Positions 11,781 through 24,289 of a stretch of DNA of 64,000 bases are shown here, piece by piece; within the stretch, counting starts at the first letter, position 1; every line of letters starts with the position of its first letter. Source of the DNA: Felis catus (lineage: Eukaryota). The notes beneath the pieces were generated by a model. The model had not been told where the DNA came from and did no database searches. It worked only from the letters and a program-made list of their open reading frames with translations. Position numbers and translations under genes: made by a program. The stretch lies in the NCBI RefSeq assembly GCF_018350175.1, contig NC_058373.1:101558001-101622000 (forward strand), written 5' to 3'.

Positions 11781-13464
11781 CCCAACCTAAGACCAAACCG
11801 TCTATGACTTCCCTACCAGCCCACCACTTGTAATTTCAACCGAGAGGCAGTAGCCTCTCTTTTCTATAACATTTTTTCCAGTCTTCTCCATCCAAACTTT
11901 CATACGACTTTAGCAATTTGTTTTATTCATGTGTACGTTTGCATTGCCTATCTCCAATTATATTATTATTGAAACAGTTTCCCCTCATTCTTGCATTTCT
12001 GTTAATTAAGTCAGGAGAAACTCAGTATTTCATGGAGGAGAACATGGATCATAAAGTGCATTTGCAAGGACCTAGAAATAGGTCCACAAATTCCTCGTGC
12101 CTTCCTCCTGAGTCTTGTGACTCTCAGGAAACATATCTTTTATATTAATTTCCTTAGTGTTCAAGAGCAACATTTGAAAGAAGACTGGCATGATTTATTG
12201 ACATCTGTCCCCCAGCAGGAGTATATCCATTTTTCTCCCTTCCTTCCTCCTTTTAAAATAATGATTTGTATTCATCCTTTAGAGGGGTAGTCAGGAAAGT
12301 TTCTGTTGTATTAAGGTAATGTGCCATTGTCTTCTGACCCTGTGCTCAATGAATACTTTGCCAGTCCTCTCATGTAGTTCACCACAAAAGTTCAGGGTCA
12401 AAACAGCCTTTGGATGCACACATGCCACACCTCTCGGCAAACTCACCTGGAATGGCCAGAACACAGAACTTGGCACCCTTGGCCTGAGATTGAATGACCA
12501 ACACCTCTGAGCCACATTGGGGGGGGGGGGGGGGGGGAAGTCTCTGAGCCAAACCATACAAAACCAAAGTGGTGGAGGGAAAAAAAAAAAAACTCAAGCT
12601 AGCCAAAAGGCAATTTTTTTCTTCCCCTGTCATGGAAATCAGCCACAAAGGACCAGCGTGAGGGAGCAGAGCAGGGGCTGGAAGCTCCTGTAGTAACCAT
12701 GGTGTATAATGGTCTGACAGGCCATTGATGAATGTGTTCTGGGGACTTGTCAGCTTCTTGGTGCTTTGGTTCATCCCTAAGTAGCGATCATCACCATGTT
12801 GGTGACCTTTTCAGTTTGCTGGTACCTTTTTCGGCTGCTTGCAGTTCGGGCCCAAATCCACCCTCTCTTTGAACCACAGCTACAAAATGAAACCATTCAG
12901 TGTCTCAAGTATCATTCACCTGTGGGAAAAGACCTGCTCTCCTGTGCTCAGTTGCTGAGGTCATGGAAAGAATTCCTCTACATGTAAAATCATCTCCAAA
13001 CCCAGACTACCTTCTTTGACTGACTGACCTAGTTTGGCCATCAACTGCTGTAAGCATTCCAATTACATTTGAATATCTTATCCTGCAATGCAGACTGCAG
13101 CATTTTTTCCTACCACTTTTTTATACTTGGATAAATGATGTACCTCTTTACCCTAAGCTGTGCCAACTCCCAGTGGGTGGACAGAGTGTCTTAGCAAACA
13201 GAGGGAGAGCTGACTTGTCCAGTGAGACAGCCTCCACGAAGAGTAACATTTCCTAGAATGTGACTTTCCATGGGATTTCTCAAATATCAGAGGCTTTTGC
13301 TGACAGAGAGAAGCCTCAGCTCAAAATGTCTCTGTGGAGACCACAGTGAAGCAATTACCCGCTCTCCCACATGGCTGTGGTCACATTAGATCTTCCCTGT
13401 CTACTGACGTGCTATCACCTGTGCTCCTCATGGCCAAAGGCACATATGCCTAAACTGGCTAAAT

Positions 13465-13565
13465 GAATTCTTGGCCTTGTAACAGAACAAAGATAACCAA
13501 CCACCAGTGCCTGACCCCACCACCTTGGCCTCATGAGCACTACGCTTTCCCCAACTGGGTTAAGT
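13465..13565 (-). mobile_element. MamSINE1-like / tRNA-Ile-related ancient SINE head remnant
   Basis: 13513-13563 aligns ungapped at about 39/51 by eye to the reverse complement of recalled tRNA-Ile(AAT); 'ccttggcctcat' fits the recalled MamSINE1 variant. Not a functional tRNA. Confidence 0.6.
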
Positions 13566-13769
13566 TGCTGTGTGCTACGCGGTCATGTCACCTAGCATGA
13601 AACCATCAAGCATGTGAGCCCTGGACAGGCAAGAAAAGTCTGGAGAAATTAAGGCTTAAATAGTGCCTACACATCTATTTCTAGGAATTAGAATGCTTTC
13701 ATACAACATGTTCCTATTTTCAAAAATATCAAAATTGCTACAGAATGAAAATAGTTGGTTCTAAGCCTT

Positions 13770-14110
13770 TAATAGACTATACATATAATAGGAAGATATT
13801 TTGTATATATGAGATAATTACAGTATTATATATATTAAATTATTACTTATGTATATTATTAATTATATATACATTAAGTATATATAATTTTACAACCTTG
13901 AGGAGGAACTAAAATAATAGATAGGTAGATTTATATATATTTATAAATATATGTTTATAGATTTATATATATAATAAATTTTTATATATTGGTCTACCTA
14001 TTATTTTACAGGTTATTATTTTATATACACACACACATAATATATATATATATATTTATATATAAAACATATATAAAATTTTACAACCTTCTCAAGGAGA
14101 AACTGAAATA
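13770..14110. repeat. AT-rich low-complexity tract with internal direct and inverted repeats
   Basis: (TA)-rich; aattttacaacctt at 13886-13899 and 14077-14090. Confidence 0.9.
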
Positions 14111-14399
14111 AGGTGTTTCAGAAGCTTTCCAGTGGCTCCATTGCATTCAGGTGCACCAGGAAGGCTGGTGAAATGAGGATATTTTGTTTATTTCTTTTCC
14201 AAAGTAAAATTACCACCAAAATTGTAGTGTCCTTTTTCCAGTGAGTCCCCTTATTACTTAACCTCTTGGTCTTTCACTTTGTTGTGTGCCGAGGGCACAA
14301 GGAGTCCACCTACAGTAGAAGCCTCTTCTTGGGTGACTTAAGTGGAATCTGATAGTGGAGCAATTTCCTGCAGGGAACCCCCTTCCCCTTTCTAATCCT

Positions 14400-14903
14400 T
14401 TGTTCCTTGTCTCTGTCTTCTCACCAAGACTCACCTGCACCACTCTCCCTTTCCTTCACCACATTCTTCACAGGATGGCCTTCTTTTTCTAACACACCAA
14501 GCTCCTTCCTGCCCACAGGTGCTTATATTTGCTTGTTCAAGTTACCTGGAAGACTCCTCCCCGTGTCCTTCTCACCTTTCACTTCTTACCTCAATACCCA
14601 CCGGCTCCAAGGCACTTCCGTGACCTCCCCAGCTGAATCAGTCCTCCACCTCCATCTGGTTACTGTCCATTATACCTCCCTAAGACTTTTCTTTGGAGTA
14701 CTTATGCTCGTCAAAAAATCTTCTGTGTGTATTTATTTATTCATGGTTAACTCTCTCCTCCCTCTAGAATATAAGTTGCAGGAAAGGGAAACTTCCTCAA
14801 TTTTTTGCACTCTCAAACACCCAGCACCTAGGCAATGCATGGCAGATAGCAGAAGCTAAAGAAATGGATGAATGGATGAATGAATGAATGAATGAATGAA
14901 TGA
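14400..14903 (+). mobile_element. L2 3' end with (TGAA)n tail
   Basis: 'ctagaatataagttgcagg...ccagcacctagg...gaatgaatgaatg'. Confidence 0.8.
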
Positions 14904-15119
14904 ATTGTCCAGTGTTCCTCAATGGAAAGGCAGAGCTTCTCCAGAGAAACTAACAAATATCTGGCTTGTTATGTAGGGAGTTTGAGACATTAACAACTTC
15001 AAACACCCTGACACTCTGCTTAGTGTCCAGGTATTAGGAGAACCTGCCTGACTTTAAGGGTTTCCTCTAGTTTCCAAACACAAAATAGCCTACATATTAA
15101 AATGCTTAGCTATATTTAG

Positions 15120-15360
15120 CATCTAGATAATGATAATAGTTACCATTTAGTGAGTACCTTCCCTGCCAGGAATGTGTGTAACACATTCTCTTATTAGTCT
15201 GCAGAACAACAGGATGAGGCAGGGATATTATCCCTACTTCACAGATGAGGAGATTGAGTCTCAAGCGATTTGCAAACACATGGAACAAATAAGTATTAGA
15301 GCTGGTATGTGAACCTTGTCTGTCTCATCCATCTTGAAGGCTCATGCTTTTAACCACTTC
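15120..15360 (-). mobile_element. MIR
   Basis: 'attatccctacttcacagatgaggagattgag' core. Confidence 0.75.
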
Positions 15361-15868
15361 TTTGTTTTGAGGAGCCAAAACATCAATACAGTGAAGATAA
15401 TCGGCTTGTGCTGCACACATATGTGATACCCTTGCAAGGTTTGAAGGTATTTGTGTAACCTTGTTTATAGCAATGGTTTTCCAATAGTTTCTCATAGCCA
15501 TTCTAGACAAGAGCTTATTTGCAAGACAGAAGTGCAACTACTTCAGATGTTTTGTGAGTTTTTCTGGGTTTTCAAATACTCCTTCCATTAACTCCAAGAA
15601 AGCAGAATTATTTAAGGTTTAGCACCTGTAGAAACTGCTGCTCTTTGTTCCAAGTGACAAACATCTTCTATTCATGGAGTATATAAACTGAGTTCCTCCT
15701 TATTTAGTAGTAAGCTTCTACCAAAAGTAATGTGTAAAGCTAAAAAAAAAAAAAAATCTTCCCAAGAGTAAAACTTTCTACAGAAGTTCATAATGCCTAA
15801 TTTTTCTAAAATAACAGCTATATCATCTTCAACACTGCTCAAACAAAGCTATAAAAGCCATTAGGATA

Positions 15869-16064
15869 GGCACAGTCAGTTAAGCATCTGAATCTTTATC
15901 TTGGCTCAAGTCATGATCTCACAGTTCATGAGTTCGAGTCCCGCATCAGGCTCTGTGATGATGGTGCAGAGCCTGCTTGGGATTCTGTCTCTCCCTCTCT
16001 CTGCCCCTTCCCCACTTGTGCTCACTCGCTCTCTCTCTCTCTCTCTCTCTCTAAATAAACAAAT
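15869..16064 (+). mobile_element. CAN-SINE with shortened 5' head
   Basis: SINE body and (CT)n; TSD attaggata at 15860-15868 and 16065-16073. Confidence 0.92.
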
Positions 16065-16829
16065 ATTAGGATAATATTTCAGAGAAAAACAGAGAAGGAA
16101 ACGACTTACTCTTCAAACTTTCAGATGGTTATTTCTCTTTTATTCTGACACCTGAGTTTTCTTTCTCAATCTGTCCATCATACAGCTCATTCTGAGTCTC
16201 ATTCTTTTCCTTTCTTCCTTCCTAGGCCTCATCACAAGAGTGTCTACCTAGTAAGCTCTCGTGCCTTCCACCAACCTTTTGATTTCCCTCCACCCCCGCA
16301 AACTTCTACATGAAGTTTACCAGCTCCTCCCTTAATTTTTTTTCTTCTGTGAGATGAGCTTCCAAGTTCTTACTCCCTTCTGCTTGACTTTATATGAAAA
16401 TGCAAGTGTTGGAGATTTACAACTCTGCTTAGCAGGCTCTCTTTCCATCTCTTCTAGGGCTTGACTACTGAGCTAAAAATCCCCCAGCTGAAATAGCAAA
16501 GACATATCTTTGAAGACATATCCAAATCTCCCAGTTCAACCCAAAAAGCAACAGCTTTCAAACTTGTTACATTATGGTGGGAAAGGACCTCCACAGCCTG
16601 ACCCATCTTTCTAGAAGGGCACTTTCAGCAGCCTCCAAAATGTATTAAACGAATGACTGAATTTAATAAGAACCTTTCCACAATAGGGAGAGACTGGGAC
16701 ACATGGACCTTCTCTCTCAGGCCAGTTCAGAACAGCAAATGTTCATGCCATAGGATGTCTTCCCGTCCTGGTTACAGGTCAAAAAACCAAAAGGCAGAGA
16801 AAACACAATGTTGGAGAGAAGAAGAAAGT

Positions 16830-17070
16830 TGTATGGCCTGGGAGTTAAGAGTAAAGGCCTTGAAATCCCAGTTTTGGCACAAAACGATTTGTGTGATCTT
16901 GGGTAAATTAACTTCTCTGAGCCTTGAGTTACCTCATTTGTAAAAGGGAGCTATTCATAGTATGTAACCTGTCATTTTGCCATGACAAGATAGTCACAAT
17001 TTAACAAGATAGTACAAAAAAAACACTTAATACTCATACCATGCTTGATAACTGGTTCCTATCATTATTG
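16830..17070 (+). mobile_element. MIR
   Basis: 'tgtgtgatcttgggtaaattaacttctctgagccttgagttacctcatttgtaaaaggg'. Confidence 0.8.
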
Positions 17071-19644
17071 TTTTTATTTGCTATAACATCACAACCCAGG
17101 CAGCTTCTCACGATAGCAAAGGAGTTTATGCCAACAGGTATATTGTCAGGTTTCCCTCCTAGATAACCCTAATTTATACCAGATGAATTAAGTGGAAAAG
17201 AAGAAAAATAATAAACAAAGGGCCTTTTAAATGTGTTTCCAATATAAATGGTCTAGAAGCAGAAAAGAGAAAATAAAAGGAAAAGGGCAGACAAAACAGA
17301 TAAAGCTTTTGCATCTCCTAGATTTCAACATAAACTACCATGGATTTGGAAAAGACTCATCCATTAGTTCCTCAAAGTTCTTTTCTCAAGGGAGAAGGAT
17401 CTTCCCCCAAAGACAGGTAATGACTGGCCTCAAAATACCAAAAGACAAAGTTTCAAACTCTGGCCTTCGTATTGAGGTAGCAGTCAGGGGCAGTGGGTCA
17501 GGAGTGTCGACCCGTCCACAGAGTTTCTGCTGGTGGAGCCGTTGAAAGAGGGACTCCCAGATATACATGTGTATGCTTTCCAGGGAATACACTGGAAGGG
17601 GGGCAAATTTCATCAACCCCACCAAGCTGGTATTTCTAATGGCTGATCCTCTGACCTTCTGGCCACCAGCTGTCATAAGAGGGATATCTCCCTTTCTGAG
17701 ATTCAGAGTAACCTCACTGAAAGGTTGCTCACAAGGCATGCGGTTCAGGCAGACAAAACAAATTCAGATGTGCCGCAAACGGGGCCAATTCTGATGCTGA
17801 GACCAGAGTTAGGCTGCTGGCACTTTGCCTATTTAAAACTTAGTTTATTGGGACCAGAAAACTCAGCAGCTTATACATCCTGAAACGCAAGATGCCAACA
17901 ATGGTCAGATGTTCCTTAAAATAAGCTTTCATGTTGATTATTTTTAGATGGAGCTGAAAAGAGACAGTTGGACCCACCTATGGATTGTTCGTGGCTTAAG
18001 TAGTCGATAAATCTCTCTCTGGTGTGTACTTTAAAATTACGTCTGTATGGAAAAGGACACCAGCCATGTGCCTCATTTACCTAAAAACCAAGCTTGCTCC
18101 TCCTTACGGAAATTTAATTATTTTGTAAAATACGACTTTTTTTCTTCTGCAGTATCTTTTTCACCAACAATAATTTTCAAAGGCTTCAAATATTTGAAAT
18201 CACTGTCAGAGGCAAAACTCCGATTTAACTGCTTTTTTTCCTCTTCATGAAAGAGCTGCTTAAAAATATTAATGGAGCCCAAGCCCATTTACATTCCAAA
18301 CAACACGAAACAAGTTCCTTGTTTCTTTGACTCGCCTCATCTAGCAACCGACGTGTCAAGAGTAACAGCAACTAAAACCAATGATTCTGACCCAGTGCCT
18401 GGTGAACGTTTCTCCTTTTATAACTACTTGAGCATGGCAGCCTCTTCCTATTAACTACATTACATCATCATTATCAAAGACGAAAGGAAATTAATTTTGT
18501 TTTTCAAGGTCTTGGCAATAAGTCGGTTCTTTACTTCATCAGACATCTGCTGTTTTTCTACGTGTGTCATTTGCAAAGCTGAGTTTTCCTTATGACTTTA
18601 TTCTCATAACAATTTATCACGCAACAGTGTTTACCAGGGAACCTTGTGCCGATGGGTTTTTCTCTCTCCAAGCAGAAAGTGTAACATTAACTTAAAGCCA
18701 ATATCATAATCTATATTTCACTCTCAAGGAGTTTTCTGGGCTTAAAAAAAAAAAAAAAAAAGCCAACAAGGCTGTCAAGAAAAAATAACCACTTACGGTC
18801 TCTGGCTGAAATGTATTGCCAATGCAACTCTACTTTGTTTTAACAGATGGGCCTTTATCAGCAAATTATGTGGGCAGTTCACCAACTTCCCTTAGGAATG
18901 GAGAGTGCTTCCATTTACTTGGGCTCTTATCTATTCACTTAAAGCCACATTTGACCACAAAATTCTGCGGATTTTTTTTTCATGTATTGATACAAAGAAT
19001 AAACTACAGAGAATCTTCTGTTCTCCAATAATTAGTCATTCCTGGTCTGATTGATAGGTCCTTGGCCTTATTTCACATCGGTGGAAAAAAAACAAATTAG
19101 CTGGTTCACATAGATACACTGTCTTCTGTAATGTGTTCTACATTTATTCCCTTGCCTAAGTAGCAAGAGCCTCTAACAAAGCTCTTCACAGCATTTATTT
19201 GGATGAATCGTCTGGGGTGTGACTCATTCTTCTTTGCCTTCTCCAATCCCTCACTTTTCTCTCTCTCTCCAGATGCTGGCTAACTACTAGTAGACTTGAT
19301 TCTGCAGGTAAACACAGGAGCAAATTCATGGAAGGTTTTTGCTTCAGAAAAGAGTCAAGAGCTCTAGAACGGGGTGTGCAGAGAATCTGAAAACTGACTT
19401 CAAGGAATATTAGAGAAAACCTATATTTACCACATGCTTCATAGATGAACATGGGTTTCCTGTTTATGTTGTTTTGTGAAGGGGACTGGTGCCAACAACA
19501 AAAAAAGACGAATGATGGCTCTTGTTTTTATTTTACCCCCAAAATTACTTTCACCTTTCCTTGTTACAATCTGTCATAAACATCTCCACATGAATCAAAT
19601 CCCTAGGCCTCAGTTTCTCTAAACCTATAAAAAAGGAAAAGGTT

Positions 19645-19840
19645 GAAATAGACCCAAAGTTGAACATTCACAAGAAACACCTAGGGAGCTGCTTCAGTGT
19701 ACAGAGTCCCAAGTTCCACTCGGGGCAGACTTGATTCACTAGTGTTGAAACTGGAATAAGGAATATTCCATTTCCAACTTAACCATTGATGGGTCTAAAG
19801 CAGACGGTCCATGGACCATGCTCTGAGAATACTGGTCTGA
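19645..19840. mobile_element. MER5-type MITE remnant
   Basis: 'cacctagggagct...ggtccatggaccatgctctgagaatactg' resembles MER5B. Confidence 0.5.
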
Positions 19841-20681
19841 TGAACTCCAAGGTGTTCCTATTCCAGTTCTTCTTCCAATAGTCTGTGACCCTATAAAAAC
19901 CTCAGTGAGATATTAGCTGATCATCTGGGCACAGCTTACATTAATTGACCTATCTGCATCCAGCTCTGCCTCATTGGCATCTCCACTCCCTGTGAAGATG
20001 AACTAGTTTGTGAACTATTTTGTGAACCGGCAAGCCCAGTGGCGGGGGGCAGGGGGGGGGTAAGGCTGAGCAGGATGCGGGTGGTACCCCTGCCCACCAA
20101 GAACTGAGCCCATCACTCCAGCCCAGCCCACCCCAGCCCGTGGGTTCCGGCCAGCCTCAGAGACAGTGGGCTCTTCAAAATGTCACATCCCTCTTGTGTT
20201 CAAAATGAGTTCCCAAAACAGCAGGCACTGTATTTTCAAGGGTAAGTAAAGAAACCATTCATTTTAAAGGCAAGTAGTGACTTTGAGATCACCCATGATT
20301 TTTTTTTTTAATCATATGACAAGTCTCCATTAGTACAATGAGAGAATGTTGCTGGGATGCGGTTAGAAAACAGATTACGACCCACATGACAAATGAACCA
20401 CAACGGAGTGTGAAACTTTTCAAAACCACTCACCCTAACCTCAAGTCTCACCGATGAAAACCAGAGAAAGTGTGTGGCTGGTATGGCCCAGAGGCCCAGG
20501 GCTCACGTGTGCTGATGGAATTTACAGGGTGCTGTGTGCAGAAGACTCCATCTCATGGAGCATGTGAAAGTCAGGGACCAAGGCTTGATCACAACTCCCT
20601 TACTAACTACTTATGTGACCTTGGCCAAGCTACTTCACTTCTCTGAGCTTCCGTTTCCTTATGGATAAACTGGGCCTCATA

Positions 20682-21920
20682 GTTGGTCAACAAATATTTA
20701 CTGAGTGCCTAGAGTGGACCAGGAATATATAATAAGCTTACATAATAAGCTCAAACAGTGGGTGAAACAGGCAAAAATCCCAGGCCTCAGGAGGAACACA
20801 ACAAAGAGAAAAAGAAATCGAAACTGCAGCATTAGGTAGTAGTAAATTAATACACAGTATGATGAAAAATATAGTGGGATGAGTTAGAGTAATAAATTGC
20901 TATTTTAGCTCCCGTGGTCAGGGAAAGTCTCTCTGAGGAGGGAACATTTCAACAGAGGCTAGAAGAAAATGAGGACAGAGCCTCATAAAATCTGAGCAAA
21001 AGCCTTGCAGGCAGAATCAAAGTGTAGGTGCAAAGGCCCTGAGGCAGCAGCATTTGAGGAATGGTCAAGTGACATCAAGGAGGCAAGTGTGGGTTAAGGA
21101 AAGGGAGTGAGGAGGATAGTGATAAGAAATGAGGTCAAGGAGGTTGCCAAAATGTAAAGGACCTGAAAGTGAGCAATTTGGGTCTCATTTTATGTTGATG
21201 AGGGGCCATTAGAACTTCTGAGCAGCATAGACTGATGCATGTTCCAGCTGCTGTTTGAAGATGAGACTGGGGGGTGGGGGTAGGGGTGCATCAATCAGAG
21301 TAGGTTATGTCATCTTTCATTGTTGCAAGTGGACATAATCATTACCACAAGAATCAACTCCCTTGGCCTCAGTTTCTCTAAATCTCTAAAATGAGAAGGT
21401 AATAACCACAAAATTGTAGTGGTTTATAAAAGCAAAGGTTACTTCTCACTCATCCTTTATGTCCATTGTAAATTAGTTGGGGTCTGCTCTACCTCTCCTC
21501 ATTCTGGGAGCCGGGATGGAGCAGCCTCCATTTGAATCACTGCAGATCACCATGACAGAGGGAAAGGGGAGCGTGGTGACTCATGCATGGGCTCTGAAAC
21601 ATCAACCTGGAAGTGACATGCATCACTTCCACTCATATTTCATTGGCTAAAGCAGATCGTTGGACCATATCTAACTTCAAAGGCAGTGGGAAAGTACAAT
21701 CCTACCATGTGCCTGCAAGATGGGATATTGGGTGAACAGCACTAAGTAATACCACAGAGACCAGAGGGAAGCAGAGAGACCAATTAAGAAGCTTTTACAG
21801 TAATCCAGGCAAGAGATGAGAACAGCTTAGACCAGGCAGTCACAGGAGAGGTGTTAGGAAACAGATGCAGAAGATATTTTGAAGGCAGAGACAACGAGAT
21901 TTGCTGATGGATTGGATGTG
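20682..21920 (-). mobile_element. L2 fragment, itself split by an MLT1 LTR
   Basis: 'caacaaatatttactgagtgcc' terminus; 'gtgcaaaggccctgaggcag'; resumes 'cagtaatccaggcaagagatg...gatttgctgatggattggatgtgg'. Confidence 0.85.
21287..21755 (-). mobile_element. MLT1J-like solo LTR
   Basis: TG...CA ends; 'ggaagtgacatgcatcacttccactcatatttcattggctaaagca' and 'acaatcctaccatgtgcc'. Confidence 0.8.
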
Positions 21921-22141
21921 GAATAATCATAACTACCTCACCGTGGATTTATGTGGGTGCAGATTAAATAAGATGATGTATATGAAAGTTCTTTCACATG
22001 GCCAGACACACCATAAGCCTCAATAATGGTGATTATTATTGTTGTAGTTCTAGATTGAAGAGGTGCTTATGATAACAGAGCACAGCAGTTTAATTTTTGA
22101 CCATCCAATTTTCCAAGACATGTGGTTACTTTACTTACGCT

Positions 22142-22144
<3 letters not shown>

Positions 22145-22185
<41 letters not shown>
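22145..22185. repeat. (CA)20 microsatellite
   Basis: Directly visible. Confidence 0.98.
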
Positions 22186-22187
<2 letters not shown>

Positions 22188-23510
22188 TTCTGAAAATAAT
22201 CATGGTAGTTATTATCAATTTGGCTTTAAATGGTCTTCACCTCCTAGGAAACTTTCTAATAATAAATTAATTTTCCTAGTAACTTCAAAGAAGCTTTCAT
22301 TCCTGTGGACACACGTTTGGAACCCAGAAAGTAGCCTGCATAAAAGTCAGGAAGCCCCGGTTTTTCTGCTCAGATGTTGTAGATTAATAGTCATTTGATT
22401 TGGGAATGTGAAATGAACTGATAAGAAAAGCTGTACGTACCAATGACATTCAGGAATGAAAACTGACAGATCACCTGCTTTAGAAGATTTGATTCTTCAG
22501 ATTTTAAGGGGGTGTGGGGGAAGACCTTTACTGACATTTGCTCTCTTATGGCTTACATTAAACAATTTAATATATAACATGAGGGAGAGAACATGATATA
22601 AACAATATATCCAGGAGGAAAAATAAATGACCTCAGTCCCAAGAGGCACTGTTATGCACTGGTACTATTCATGTACATTATAAGGAATGATGTATCAGTT
22701 TTACTTCTAATCAGTATCTAAATATATCACGGCCTGTTCCTGGAGTGCATTACACTATCTCACAATGCATACTCACATTTTACATTAATGTGGAAAGTAT
22801 CCATCCGTTATCAGGCAGAACTTAATTCTATACTGAAAAATGAGGTGTCTGCTTGGTACACTTCTATTTTAAGGTTTAACATAATTGAGCAACCAAATCG
22901 AAAATAGAACTTTGGAACTAAACTATGCTGGTTTTTATGGCACGAATGTTAAGAGAGAAAGTTTTGATGGGTGTCTGACTCAGAGACATCACCTTTGGTG
23001 CCTCTGGTTTCCAGCCCTGTTTGGGGAGCATCTAACCCAATGATGTTGTGAAATTCCTAAAAATATTCTTAAAACAAACTTTTAAAGAAACATAATACAC
23101 ACGGCTACCCCTGAGTTAATTATCCCTATAAGCAAGCAAAATATCCCGGAAACGTTGCAATTTCAGCTTCTAAATCCTGTCTCTTAAGTTGCTTCCCATC
23201 TATTCATGCGTCTGGATTTGGGGTTCGGAAAATATGTTCGCTGTAGCTGTAGGAAGGATAAAAAGGGCTGGTCGTTGCAATATCAAACAAATGCAATATA
23301 AGTATTACGACACGCCAATTGATGGGTTCCAGGGGATAACAAATATAAGCAGATTTAGCCAGCCAGGCCACGTGCTCAGGCCACTGTGGATATTCCATAA
23401 GAGGATCGGATGGATTTACTGAGCACCTGTGTGCCCAGGACAGCGTTAGTTGCCATGGGAAATACATGTGACTGTCTCTGCTCTTAAAGCCCTCAAAACA
23501 ATTAAGGATA

Positions 23511-23778
23511 GGGGCACCTGGGTGGCTTAGTCGGTTAAGCATCCGACTTCAGCTCAGGTCATGATCTCACGGTTCATGGGTTCAAGCCCCACATCAGGCT
23601 CTGTGCTGCCAGCTCCAAGCCTGGAGCGGAGCCTGCTTGGGATTCTGTGTCTCCCTCTCTGTTTCTCCCCCACTCGTGCTCTGTGTCTCTCTGTCTTTCC
23701 AAAAAATAAATAAATGTTAAAAAATTAAAAAAAAAAAAAAAAAAAAAAACAAACAAAAAACAAAACAAAACAACAAAA
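23511..23778 (+). mobile_element. CAN-SINE with long A/(CAAAA)n tail
   Basis: Perfect 16-bp TSD aaaacaattaaggata at 23495-23510 and 23779-23794. Confidence 0.97.
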
Positions 23779-23799
23779 AAAACAATTAAGGATACAGTT

Positions 23800-24180
23800 G
23801 GTCTCTGCTGGGTACAAGTGAGGGAAAAGTAACCTGATCCTGCTCAACCCCAACACAGAAAAAGTGTGGAGGGAGGTGGGAACTTACTGGCTCACCTGAC
23901 TGAACTATGGGGCAAGTGTGTATCTAGCCCTAGGGACAAAGGAATGAAATGCTCAAGCACTCAAGTGCTTCTCTCTGTGTGCCAGCATCATTCTCTCAGA
24001 CTGTTTTCCAGAAAACACAACCCTGGCACCTCCAGATTCATATCTTGACCACTTGGACAGCAGAGAGGGAAAATAAAACCTCTTTTCCAATGGTTCCAGG
24101 AAGTGGTACAAATTTTCATGATGTGAATGCTCCCACCCTGCCCAGTTTCAAGCTGCCAGCCTGAGGTCACTCTGCCCTGA
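23800..24180 (-). mobile_element. Probable old MLT1-type LTR remnant
   Basis: 'aacttactggctcacctgactgaa' and 'gcatcattctctcagactg' resemble MLT1K/L. Confidence 0.45.
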
Positions 24181-24289
24181 GGAGCAGGGAAGAGATGTGC
24201 ACAGAAGGCTCTCCTGAGCCTGGCAGAGCAGGTGCAAGGAGGTGTGACCCCTGCCTCCGTGTCTACACTATATTGCATACCCCTCTAGA

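Larger units (their letters stand above)
20560..22040 (+). mobile_element. MIR split into ~20560-20680 and ~21920-22040 by an L2
   Basis: 5' part 'tgtgaccttggccaagctacttcacttctctgagc'; 3' part 'aataatcataactacctcac...ctcaataatggtgattattatt'. Confidence 0.7.

Noticed and set aside
18791..18830. 9-nt minus-strand microexon CCAGAGACC with gtaagt donor
   Set aside because: The polypyrimidine tract is weak, competing AGs lie just upstream, and there is no host coding exon in the window.
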